Shown here piece after piece: positions 1-7,884 of a stretch of 64,000 nucleotides of DNA. A program made the translations under genes and the position numbers. Position 1 is the first letter of the stretch; every line of letters starts with the position of its first letter. The notes under the pieces were generated by a model, which made no database searches, was not told where the DNA came from, and saw only the letters and a program-made list of their open reading frames with translations. This DNA is from a virus (lineage: Duplodnaviria > Caudoviricetes), in IMG/VR virus record IMGVR_UViG_2767802086_000001, positions 1 to 64,000 of that record; one strand, written 5' to 3'.

Positions 1-195
1 TCATCGGCCCTGCTCCGCTTCGAGACGCGGCCCCGGCTGGCTGGCGTCGTACAGATGGGCGTGCGCTGGGCAGGCGTACACCTGGGTCCCGGCGCCGGAC
101 GAGGAATGCACCTCGTCGACGGCGACCGGCTCACGGGTGAGCTGCCCGTCGTGGCAGCAGTATTCGAGCTGTGGAAGTGGCTGTGTGTCGCTCAT
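1..195 (-). CDS. Small Cys/His-containing hypothetical protein divergent from the XRE regulator
   Basis: 64-aa ORF with GAGAG RBS; typical small partner of Streptomyces XRE regulators. Confidence 0.55.
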   Translation of the reverse strand: MSDTQPLPQLEYCCHDGQLTREPVAVDEVHSSSGAGTQVYACPAHAHLYDASQPGPRLEAEQGR

Positions 196-299
196 GGTGG
201 CGTCTCTCTCCGACCCGACTCGGCTGGGAACACCATCGTCCGGAGGACATTGAGCCGATCCGATATGCAGGCCCTATCACCCAGGCATATCGTTCCCAC

Positions 300-1349
300 G
301 TGAGCAGTCGGGGACTCTGGGCAGACGTCAAACTGCGTGCCGCTTGGGCACGTCAGGACTGGGCTGCCATCCTCCGTGAATACCGGCGCGCCGCAGGCTT
401 ATCGCAGCGCGGTCTGGAGCCACTCGTAGGACTTGCGCAGCCTGACATTTCCGCGATCGAATCGGGCCGCCGGCAGGTGACGTCAGCCGAGGTGATGGCC
501 CGCATCACCGAAGGATTGTCCGTGCCCTCAGAGTTGACCGCTGCCGTTTCCCGCCGCCCCGACCTCGACGAGTGGGGCCCGCCCACCGAACTGCGCGAGC
601 GGATCGCCCACGGGCACACCACCGGCCGCACCGACCTGCGGACCGCCGACTGGATCGGCGAAGTCCTCGCACAACACCGGCGAGCCGAGGACGAAGTGGG
701 CGGCCGGGACCTGTGGCCCGTCGTCCGCTCACAGCTCGACGCCGTCACCCTCCTCATCCCCGGCACGGCTGGGCCGGCTGCCGACCGGCTGATGCTCCTG
801 GCCGCCGAGCATGCGCACTGGCTGTCGTGGGTGGCCGCGCAGAACGACCGGCCCGGGGTTGCCCTGGCCTGGCTCGACGTGGCGCACGGGTGGGCGGTGG
901 ACGGCGGTCACACCGATATGGCGTCGTGGGTGTACAGGGTGCGGTCGTACTACTCGTTGACCCGGGATGGTGATCCGATTCGGGCGTTGCGGACTGCTGA
1001 GGCCGCCCGATCCGTGACAGGCATGTCCCCTGCTGCCGAGTCGGTGGCTGCCCACCAGGCGGCGGTAGCGGCTGCAGCCTTGGGAGAAAGAGACCGTGCC
1101 CGTCGGCTCGCGGACGAGGCGTTGCGTCTGGCGACACGGGTCCCCGACGAGGGGGACCGGCCCGGGTGGCTGTACTGGCTCACCCCGGACCGCGCCCAGC
1201 TCCAAGCTGCCGATGCTGCGTATGCGTGCCGGGACTGGCAGGCTGCCGCCGAAGGGATTCGTGCAGCGCTGCCACAGCTGGGCGCCTACCCGAGGGACCA
1301 CGCCTACTACCAAGCCCGGCTGGACGAGGCGATCCGACGGGCAGGCTAG
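300..1349 (+). CDS. XRE-family HTH transcriptional regulator with helical C-terminal domain
   Basis: LREYRRAAGLSQRGLEPLVGLAQPDISAIESGRR HTH; likely GTG start at 300; in-frame TTA codon at 399. Confidence 0.85.
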   Translation: MSSRGLWADVKLRAAWARQDWAAILREYRRAAGLSQRGLEPLVGLAQPDISAIESGRRQVTSAEVMARITEGLSVPSELTAAVSRRPDLDEWGPPTELRERIAHGHTTGRTDLRTADWIGEVLAQHRRAEDEVGGRDLWPVVRSQLDAVTLLIPGTAGPAADRLMLLAAEHAHWLSWVAAQNDRPGVALAWLDVAHGWAVDGGHTDMASWVYRVRSYYSLTRDGDPIRALRTAEAARSVTGMSPAAESVAAHQAAVAAAALGERDRARRLADEALRLATRVPDEGDRPGWLYWLTPDRAQLQAADAAYACRDWQAAAEGIRAALPQLGAYPRDHAYYQARLDEAIRRAG

Positions 1350-1561
1350 TCCTCGTCGCCCTGCTGCCTCATCTTCAGGATCGCCGCCCCCGAACCGGGA
1401 GCGAGCCGGCCGACAACAGCAGCGTGGATGGCGCCCAGGGTTGGTGTCGAGTCGGGAAACTCGAAGACCTCTTCGCGCTGCTCCAGGTCTCTGGGTTCGT
1501 AGTCGTCGGGGCCGACGCCGGGCGGGATGACGCTGAATTTGATCGTGTACTGGGTGGTCAT
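1346..1561 (-). CDS. Hypothetical protein
   Basis: 71-aa ORF with coding-like GC3 bias. Confidence 0.55.
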   Translation of the reverse strand: MTTQYTIKFSVIPPGVGPDDYEPRDLEQREEVFEFPDSTPTLGAIHAAVVGRLAPGSGAAILKMRQQGDED

Positions 1562-1701
1562 GGCGCCTGATCGTAGCGGTGGCCTAGGACACGAAAGACC
1601 CCCGGGGAGTCGGGTCCCCGAGGGTGCTGGTGGAAAGGGTAGCGGGATTGGGTGCTGGCGCGAAGGCCCTTATGTCAGACCGTCGTCGTAGGCTTGTTCG
1701 C

Positions 1702-1881
1702 ATGCCCCCGACTCCTTCTCCTGCCACGCCTGTGCGCTCTCCTGCCGCGGTGAACGAGGACATTCGCGCGCTCTGGGCGCGGTCGGGGCGGGTGCTGTCG
1801 CCGGAGGGGCGCCGCGAGTACGTGCGGCTGCTGGTGGAGTGGGCTGCCGCGGTCCGGGCTGACGTCGTCGAGGCGGCGTAG
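1702..1881 (+). CDS. Small hypothetical protein (leaderless)
   Basis: TAGGCT -10 box 7 nt before ATG; RSPAAVNEDIRALW motif common in Streptomyces mobile elements. Confidence 0.6.
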   Translation: MPPTPSPATPVRSPAAVNEDIRALWARSGRVLSPEGRREYVRLLVEWAAAVRADVVEAA

Positions 1882-1911
1882 CGCTACGCAACGTGACGAC
1901 TGGACCGGCGG

Positions 1912-1951
1912 ATGCAGCGTTAGTTACACCTAGACGTAACTAACGCTGCAT
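1912..1951. repeat. Perfect 16-bp inverted repeat with 8-bp spacer
   Basis: ATGCAGCGTTAGTTAC-acctagac-GTAACTAACGCTGCAT. Confidence 0.9.
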
Positions 1952-2033
1952 TCCCTGTCGCCCACTCGTAACACAGCGCAACGACACCCTGTCTCGCGAC
2001 CCGTTGTCAGTGCCGCCGTTTACGATCCACCCC

Positions 2034-2267
2034 GTGGCAAAACCGAGTGATGAACTGATCGAGCTGGCGCGTGCGTCCATCGAGGCGCAGGAGATTGCGG
2101 CGAGCGAGCCGTACAGCGAAGAGGGCTGGGCGCCGTGGCGTGCCGCGGCAGAGGCGTTCCAGGCTGCGGTGACCGCCGAGGCCGAGGCGACACCCGAAGT
2201 GTCGCGGTACGAGCTGGAGATGGCGGCCAAGGCTGCCGTCCTCCATCCCGAGCCGGAAGACAGCTGA
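2034..2267 (+). CDS. Small acidic hypothetical protein (leaderless)
   Basis: TACGAT -10 box 7 nt before GTG; coding bias. Confidence 0.6.
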   Translation: MAKPSDELIELARASIEAQEIAASEPYSEEGWAPWRAAAEAFQAAVTAEAEATPEVSRYELEMAAKAAVLHPEPEDS

Positions 2268-2420
2268 CGCAGCTCCGCCTCGCCCCTTGGCGCTGTCCTC
2301 GGGGCGAGGCGGGAAGCAATCACCCTGTTTCGCGGGCCACTTGACCCTGGGGATTGATGCGATAAGTCTACGGGTGGGCTATGACAGTCGGCCCGGACGC
2401 AAGGTGGCCCCGCCGACCCC

Positions 2421-2891
2421 CTACCCCAGACCGTAGAGCAGAGAGTTCCCTTGCCCGTACTTCCCCAGGAACTCTTCAACCTCGACGCGGGAGTTTTCGT
2501 AGATGCCGACTTTGAAGTTGCAGTAGTCGCAGAGCAGGGCTCGCACCAGTCCGGACTCGTGGCAGTGATCTATTGCGAGAACAGGTCGTCGCCCTCGCTG
2601 TGGTCCACGGCAAATGGCACAGAGACCGCCCTGGGCTTCGAGTAGCTGGTCATACTGCTCGGGCGTGATTCCGTACTTGTTCCGTAGGTCTCTGGCGCGG
2701 CGCTCCTCTGACGTCATAGCGGCTCTGTCCCACGAGGTGTCGCGCTTCGGCCTCGTGTCCGACCGGCAGGCAGCGCAGATCCTTCGCCGACGCCCTGAGC
2801 CCCGCCGGTGAAAGGCCTCGGCAGGCTTGGTCACGGCGCAGTGGCTACAAGGTCGATCCGGCTCGCCCGAGGGCGGGATGGCATTGTTCAA
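2421..2891 (-). CDS. Endonuclease VII-domain (HNH/Zn) protein
   Basis: KYGITPEQYDQLLEAQGGLCAIC...IDHCHESGLVRALLCDYCN motif. Confidence 0.9.
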   Translation of the reverse strand: MNNAIPPSGEPDRPCSHCAVTKPAEAFHRRGSGRRRRICAACRSDTRPKRDTSWDRAAMTSEERRARDLRNKYGITPEQYDQLLEAQGGLCAICRGPQRGRRPVLAIDHCHESGLVRALLCDYCNFKVGIYENSRVEVEEFLGKYGQGNSLLYGLG

Positions 2892-2974
2892 GTTGATCTG
2901 CTCCCATCAGATTGGCCGCGCCCCGGGACGGTTCGAGGCGTCCCGGGGGCCTCCGCTGCGTCGCCGCCCTGCGG

Positions 2975-3352
2975 TCAGGCGGCCTGTGCGTACAGCTCGG
3001 TGCGGACCTGGGCGAAGAAGCGCTCGCCCTCGGCGACGTTGGTGATGTCGGCGTCGACCATGCGGCCGAGCAGCGAGCAGAACTGGTAGGGCGTCAAGGC
3101 GTTGATGTGGGCGACGACGTTGCCGTCGGCCCGGTATCCGGCGATGTGCTTGTCGCAGGACTGCCAGGCGCCGAAGGCCGAGCGGAAGAGTTCCTGCCGG
3201 GCCTCGCTGTACCAGCCGGCGTTGAAGACCGCGTGCTGGATGCACTCCAGGATGTCGGCGTGCAGGTCTGCGCCCTTGCGGTAGCGGCGGGTGCGGGAGC
3301 CAATGCCGAGGTTCTTCCGCATGTCCTTCGCGAACTGCTGGCCCTTGGTCAT
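2975..3352 (-). CDS. Hypothetical protein
   Basis: GGAG RBS, strong GC3 bias, divergent from HTH gene. Confidence 0.75.
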   Translation of the reverse strand: MTKGQQFAKDMRKNLGIGSRTRRYRKGADLHADILECIQHAVFNAGWYSEARQELFRSAFGAWQSCDKHIAGYRADGNVVAHINALTPYQFCSLLGRMVDADITNVAEGERFFAQVRTELYAQAA

Positions 3353-3396
3353 TTCCGTCTCCCCTGCTTGCCGCTTGCTTCGATAGCTCTAATTTA

Positions 3397-3455
3397 GTGG
3401 GTACCCATCAATCAAGTCAAGTGGGTAGCCACTAGATTCCTTGGTGGGTACCCAC
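3397..3455. promoter_or_regulatory. Three palindromic operators GTGGGTACCCAC between divergent promoters
   Basis: GTGGGTACCCAT 3397, GTGGGTAGCCAC 3421, GTGGGTACCCAC 3444. Confidence 0.8.
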
Positions 3456-3467
3456 TACGCTCCAGGC

Positions 3468-3749
3468 ATGGACACCCCACCCGAGCCCTTCCAGGAACTC
3501 GCCAGCCTCGCCAGCGGGGACGGGAGCATCGAGCAAGCCAAAGCCCTCACCGAAGCCCTGAACGCCATCCCCGACCTACAGAAGTGGCTACGGGAGCAGC
3601 GTCAGCGCGTCGTCCGGACACTCCACGAGCGCGACGGTATGAGCTACACCGACATGGCCCCCCACCTCGGCGTCAAGCCGGAACGCGTCAGCGGCATCGC
3701 CCGCGGGCACAGCCGGTCACCACGGAAGAAGGCAGCCGAAGAGGGGTAG
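3468..3749 (+). CDS. Small HTH DNA-binding protein (leaderless)
   Basis: GMSYTDMAPHLGVKPERVSGIARG HTH; TACGCT 6 nt before ATG. Confidence 0.8.
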   Translation: MDTPPEPFQELASLASGDGSIEQAKALTEALNAIPDLQKWLREQRQRVVRTLHERDGMSYTDMAPHLGVKPERVSGIARGHSRSPRKKAAEEG

Positions 3750-3764
3750 GCACTGCGGGCGGTA

Positions 3765-3968
3765 TCAGCGGTCCCCGTCAGGCCAGGCTTTCAGCAGCCG
3801 CCCACCGTCCGCCTCGTCGGTGAGCGTGATGCGGGCACCGTCGACGCTCCCGCGCTCGCCGATCCACGACTTGAACTTCCGCTCGGCCGTTGCCCGGTCG
3901 GGCCACCAGCCGCGCATGATGGTTCGGCCGCCGTGCGACAGGGTCACGTGAAATCGCTGAAGGTCCAC
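3765..3968 (-). CDS. Hypothetical protein
   Basis: 67-aa ORF in a minus-strand run. Confidence 0.6.
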   Translation of the reverse strand: MDLQRFHVTLSHGGRTIMRGWWPDRATAERKFKSWIGERGSVDGARITLTDEADGGRLLKAWPDGDR

Positions 3969-3977
3969 AACGGCAGG

Positions 3978-4301
3978 CTACGACTCGTCGGCCACGATGG
4001 TCAGCTCGACCCCAGCCTCCCGGGCCGCTTCCCGCAGCACGGCCAGCGTGTCCGCCAACGGCGCCTGCGGTTTGCCGCGCGGGGTGGTGGCGAGGAGGCA
4101 GGGCATGCACCGGTCCAGCCAGCGGCGGCCGTACCCAGGCAGGTCCACGATCCCCACCAGCGTCGCGGGCTTGCCGCAGCGCACGCACGGGTGCCGACCG
4201 TCGAGCCGCTCTGCGCCTGCGATCCTCCACGGTGCCGCGGGGGCTGGGTCCAGCGTCGACGGGTCCACGCCGAGGGAGCGCAGCAGGTCAGCGTCGTCCA
4301 T
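3978..4301 (-). CDS. Hypothetical protein with CxxC/Cys motifs
   Basis: GGGAG RBS; CVRC and RCMPC. Confidence 0.65.
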   Translation of the reverse strand: MDDADLLRSLGVDPSTLDPAPAAPWRIAGAERLDGRHPCVRCGKPATLVGIVDLPGYGRRWLDRCMPCLLATTPRGKPQAPLADTLAVLREAAREAGVELTIVADES

Positions 4302-4347
4302 GCGGCTCCCCTCTCGTCGGCGTCCGGTGCGCGTCTATGCTGACACG

Positions 4348-4384
4348 GCGATGCCCCGCCTGCTTTCCTCAGGCGGGGCATCGC
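4348..4384. terminator. Intrinsic terminator hairpin
   Basis: 15-bp perfect stem GCGATGCCCCGCCTG/CAGGCGGGGCATCGC just downstream of 4400..4729. Confidence 0.7.
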
Positions 4385-4399
4385 TTTAGGTCGGTCGCG

Positions 4400-4729
4400 C
4401 TATGGGCGGCGCGAGGCCAGGAGGTACGGCTTGCGGGCGTGAGGTCCTCGTCGCGCAACCGTCCAGCCAGCGGCTTCGAGGGTCTGCGCGTAAGCGTCCA
4501 CCATCTCGCGGCGCTCGGCGGCCATATCGTCGTCGCTCATCCTGTTGTCGTCCAGCAGGTCCGTCTCGGGCGTCCGGTGGGAAACCCGCACCTGCCCGTC
4601 GCGGCCCTCGTCCACGACGTAGCCGGGGGCGATGCACTTCCCGTACCTGTCACTGACGGACACCTTGTGTCTGGCGAACAGGGCGCGGGCGGCCTGGTCG
4701 ACGACTTCCGAGTAGGTGAAGCGAGGCAT
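4400..4729 (-). CDS. Hypothetical protein
   Basis: GGAGG RBS before MPRFTYS. Confidence 0.7.
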   Translation of the reverse strand: MPRFTYSEVVDQAARALFARHKVSVSDRYGKCIAPGYVVDEGRDGQVRVSHRTPETDLLDDNRMSDDDMAAERREMVDAYAQTLEAAGWTVARRGPHARKPYLLASRRP

Positions 4730-4731
4730 GG

Positions 4732-4914
4732 TCAGTCCTCCTCTTCCACGTTCCACCATGCGTTGACGTTGTTGGAGACGTGAACGTCGAGGACCTCGTC
4801 GGCCCATTCATCCCGCTCCTTCTCGTTCATCTCGTCCCAGCTCTCGGGGAGCGGGACCGTGTCCTCGTCGCTGAGGCCACCCATCGCTACGCCGATCTTC
4901 AGCACCTTCGCCAT
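4732..4914 (-). CDS. Small acidic hypothetical protein
   Basis: GGGAG RBS; coupled to next gene. Confidence 0.65.
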   Translation of the reverse strand: MAKVLKIGVAMGGLSDEDTVPLPESWDEMNEKERDEWADEVLDVHVSNNVNAWWNVEEED

Positions 4915-4933
4915 CTCAACTCCCTAACCAGAG

Positions 4934-4982
4934 GTGGTTAACCACTCCGATAGTGCCACCCCCTAGACGGGTGGTCAACCAC
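4934..4982. promoter_or_regulatory. Two palindromic operators GTGGTYAACCAC
   Basis: GTGGTTAACCAC 4934 and GTGGTCAACCAC 4971 between divergent genes. Confidence 0.75.
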
Positions 4983-4999
4983 CCGTGCATGATTACCTC

Positions 5000-5191
5000 A
5001 TGGCGAATCAGCATCGGACGAAACTACGCGGCGTGCGCAACGTCGACGACCAGCTCTGGAGCGACTTTGGCGCCGCAACCGCGCGCGACGGCAGCGATCG
5101 GTCCGCCATGATCCGCCGCTTCATGGAGTGGTACGTCCGGCGGCCGGGAGCGGAGCGCCCCGAGAGGCCAGTCGAGCCCGAAGCGCCGTAG
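5000..5191 (+). CDS. Ribbon-helix-helix-like DNA-binding protein (leaderless)
   Basis: RGVRNVDDQLWSDF...DRSAMIRRFMEWY fits RHH pattern. Confidence 0.7.
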   Translation: MANQHRTKLRGVRNVDDQLWSDFGAATARDGSDRSAMIRRFMEWYVRRPGAERPERPVEPEAP

Positions 5192-5193
5192 AC

Positions 5194-5209
5194 TCGAACA
5201 TATGTACGA
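5194..5209 (+). promoter_or_regulatory. LexA (SOS) box-like operator
   Basis: TCGAACATATGTACGA vs actinobacterial consensus TCGAAC-N4-GTTCGA (1 mismatch); overlaps TAGACT -10 and ATG. Confidence 0.7.
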
Positions 5210-5534
5210 CCTGCCTCCTGACCTGCCACGCCTCCGCACCCTGCGGACCTGGTACGCGATGTGGCTGTCCCGGATCGACGAAGCCATCGCGGCCGCCGAG
5301 CAGCAGGAGAAGGAGAAGAAGCAGGGCGAGGAGCGGCGCCCGCCCACCCCGGACTGGGTCATCGAGCTCGGCATCGGCGTCGGCCGGCCACCCATCGAAG
5401 TCCACGTCGGCGGCTGCTACACGGCCGGGAAGCGGCAGCGGGCCATCACCCGGGAGCAGGCGGTGGCCGCGCTCGACGAGGGGATTCGGGCCTGCATTCA
5501 CTGCAGGCCCGACACCGCGCTCGGGGTGCTGTGA
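5202..5534 (+). CDS. DUF6233-like protein
   Basis: VHVGGCY...ITREQAVAAL...ACIHCRPDTALG motif. Confidence 0.8.
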   Translation: MYDLPPDLPRLRTLRTWYAMWLSRIDEAIAAAEQQEKEKKQGEERRPPTPDWVIELGIGVGRPPIEVHVGGCYTAGKRQRAITREQAVAALDEGIRACIHCRPDTALGVL

Positions 5535-5554
5535 TCAGTACGTACCAGCCGCGC

Positions 5555-5953
5555 TCAGTACTGACCCGTCTCCCGTAGCTCCTTGGTGACCTGGTCGCGG
5601 TACTCGGGGCAGTAGTTCGTGACCCCAAGTACCAACAACCTGTTCGCGTCGGGCCTGGCCGTTCCCCACTCGGGCCCGTTCGGGTAGGCTGCCGCACTCT
5701 CGCCGAGGAGGTACTCGACGCTATGGCCGTCCTTGAGTTCCAGGCACCACTCCGGCGGCAGCATGAGGATCTCTCCGTCGGTTGGGGCCGTCTCTGCCCA
5801 GCTGTCGAAGTGCTCGGCGTGCACCTCGTCGAGGAACTTGTCGCTGTTGTCCGTGGCGCTTGGCGAAGCGGAGGGTTTCGCGTCACTGCCACTGCCGCAG
5901 GCGACTGCCGAGAACGCGAGTGTCCCAATGAGGAGCAGAGTCCCAAAGCGCAT
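5555..5953 (-). CDS. Putative lipoprotein
   Basis: Signal peptide with AVAC/GS lipobox; NYCPEY C-terminal motif. Confidence 0.75.
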   Translation of the reverse strand: MRFGTLLLIGTLAFSAVACGSGSDAKPSASPSATDNSDKFLDEVHAEHFDSWAETAPTDGEILMLPPEWCLELKDGHSVEYLLGESAAAYPNGPEWGTARPDANRLLVLGVTNYCPEYRDQVTKELRETGQY

Positions 5954-6062
5954 GGATCCCCCAAGGTGTACGGATGGTGCGTGCATCATCCGGGCAGAGG
6001 GGGCACGAGACGGCGGATGTGACCAAACGGTGACAGGCGGCGCCCCTGTACCCTGACGCCGC

Positions 6063-6099
6063 GATGCCCCCGGCCAACTTCACCTTGGCCGGGGGCATC
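6063..6099. terminator. Intrinsic terminator hairpin
   Basis: 15-bp perfect stem GATGCCCCCGGCCAA/TTGGCCGGGGGCATC downstream of the recombinase operon. Confidence 0.75.
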
Positions 6100-6121
6100 C
6101 TCCTGTCCGGGGTTCTGCCAA

Positions 6122-6418
6122 TCAGTTCTCGGCTGGATCCCGGAGAACCAGTCCCACGTACTGCTCGGCTGCCGCGGCCTGCACGCGGCGCAGCGGCACG
6201 TCCAGGCCGGCGGCGATGGCGCCGAGTATCTCGGGCGTGATTTTGATTCGGCTGCCGGTGACGAGGTTGCCCGCTGTGGACTTGCTGATCGTTGTCCCTG
6301 TTTTGGGGTCGATGGCGCGCTCCGCGAACACGCGGAGCGTGAGCGGCCTGCCCTCGCCCACGTGCTCGCGCACCAGGGACGTCAACGCGTCCCGAGCTGC
6401 GGTCCTGCTCATGGTCAT
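6122..6418 (-). CDS. XRE-like HTH protein
   Basis: ISKSTAGNL...EILGAIAAGLDVP pattern; translationally coupled to recombinase. Confidence 0.7.
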   Translation of the reverse strand: MTMSRTAARDALTSLVREHVGEGRPLTLRVFAERAIDPKTGTTISKSTAGNLVTGSRIKITPEILGAIAAGLDVPLRRVQAAAAEQYVGLVLRDPAEN

Positions 6419-7449
6419 TCGGTGCCTCCTTCAGGCTGGAGTCGTGCCGCGAGCTTGGCGGCGAGCGAGTAGGCGGGGTGGTTGTCGAGCTGCCGCCGTC
6501 GCCGGTTGTACCGCTGGGTGGTTCGGGGGTCGGAGTGGGAGACGGCGTCTTGAACGTCCTGGAGCGGGATGCCGTTGGCGAGGTTGTCGGTGATGAACTG
6601 GTGCCGCAGCGTGTGGGGCTTGATGGTGGCAGCCTGCGGGAGGCCAGCGCGCCGGGCAAGGACGCGTAGGTGCTTCCAGACTTCGGGCTGTGTCCAGCGG
6701 CGCCCGGAGTTCGTGGTGAACAGCGGGCCGTCTTCTCGGTCGCCGAGGTAGGCGAGTAGCGCTGCGAGGGCGAGCGGCGGCACGGGCGCGGGCCGCTTCT
6801 TCCCGCCCTTCTGAGTGAGGGGCAGGGTGCGGTGTCCTCGGTCGTAGCCGAGCTGGTCGGCGTTGAGGGAGAGGAGTTCGTCGACGCGGGCGCCGGTGAG
6901 GTAGAGCAGCATGACGAGGGCGTAGGAGCGGGGTGCCCAGTCGCGGGCGGTCTCGATGAGCCGGGTCGTCTCCTCCTCGGTCATGCCCTCGGTCGGCGAG
7001 TAGTCGGGGTCGACGTAGGGCCGGTTGACGGCCGCGAAGGGGTCGGCGTCGACGGCCTGGAGCCGGGCGGCGTAGGTATAGAAGGAACCGGCGGCGGCTA
7101 GGGCCTGCGCCTGGGAGGCTTCTGACGGCGGCTTGCCGAGCCGAGTGTTCGTCTTGGCGAGGTGCTTGGCGTAGGCGTCGGCGAGCGGGAGCTTCGCCTG
7201 GAGGGGGTGGATGCTGGTGGAGCGGGCGTACTCCTCCCAGGCGCGGAAGGTGCGGACGTAGGCCCGCCGTGTGTGGCGGCTCTTCTGCCGGGCGATCCAT
7301 CCTCCGGCGACGGTGGGCAGCGGGTCGCGGTCGCCGTAGATGCCCGCGAGGTGGTCGGCGAGGGCGCGGGCTTCGTCGGGCCAGTCGTCGCGGGGGTCGT
7401 GCCGGTCGGTCGAGAGCTCCGCCGACGGGCGCGGAACGAGGGCGGTCAC
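6415..7449 (-). CDS. Tyrosine recombinase, XerC/D-like (probable resolvase)
   Basis: TGARVDEL (R), KGGK (K), HTLRH (HxxR), SHSDPRTTQRY (H, Y); no integrase arm-binding domain evident. Confidence 0.93.
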   Translation of the reverse strand: MTALVPRPSAELSTDRHDPRDDWPDEARALADHLAGIYGDRDPLPTVAGGWIARQKSRHTRRAYVRTFRAWEEYARSTSIHPLQAKLPLADAYAKHLAKTNTRLGKPPSEASQAQALAAAGSFYTYAARLQAVDADPFAAVNRPYVDPDYSPTEGMTEEETTRLIETARDWAPRSYALVMLLYLTGARVDELLSLNADQLGYDRGHRTLPLTQKGGKKRPAPVPPLALAALLAYLGDREDGPLFTTNSGRRWTQPEVWKHLRVLARRAGLPQAATIKPHTLRHQFITDNLANGIPLQDVQDAVSHSDPRTTQRYNRRRRQLDNHPAYSLAAKLAARLQPEGGTE

Positions 7450-7697
7450 GTGCTTGCCTGCATGGCTTCGGCCGCCCCGTCCACCCCGTCCTCGTAGAAC
7501 CGGTTGAACAGGCCGCTCGTCAGGCCTTCGTACACAGCCCCACCCAACCGAGCTCCTCCCAACGCCACCGCGTTCATGTCGTTGCCGTTCTGCTTGCCGA
7601 GCAGGAGCGCCAGGTACGCCGCCTCGTCGTGCGACAACTCCACGAGGACGCTCTCCGGCATCTCCTCGTCGTCGAGGTCAATCCGCTTCACCTTCAC
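7446..7697 (-). CDS. Hypothetical protein, first gene of the recombinase operon
   Basis: AGGAGG RBS then GTG at 7697. Confidence 0.65.
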   Translation of the reverse strand: MKVKRIDLDDEEMPESVLVELSHDEAAYLALLLGKQNGNDMNAVALGGARLGGAVYEGLTSGLFNRFYEDGVDGAAEAMQAST

Positions 7698-7708
7698 TCG
7701 CAACCTCC

Positions 7709-7807
7709 TATGTTGGATAACTGTCATTATCAACCATAGAGTTGACTGAGTGCCAGCGCTTCCGAGAACTCGAACAGGTGACGCATAAGGGAACGTTATG
7801 CGCTACC
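7709..7807. other. dif/res-like recombination site (two inverted ATAA...TTAT core sites)
   Basis: TATGTTGGATAA-CTGTCA-TTATCAACCATA (7709-7738) and GGTGACGCATAA-GGGAACG-TTATGCGCTACC (7777-7807). Confidence 0.7.
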
Positions 7808-7884
7808 TCAACGATTTCGAGGCCGAGCCGCGCTTAAGTCCGGACTTCGAATGCGCATCCGGAGCGATGTCGTGCCGATGCCGG

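Noticed and set aside
6415-7449. Calling the tyrosine recombinase the prophage integrase
   Set aside because: No att site, tRNA target or excisionase seen; internal position and adjacent dif-like sites favour a resolvase, though not excluded
7770-7785. Second LexA box (TCGAACAGGTGACGCA)
   Set aside because: Right half matches poorly and overlaps the res-like site
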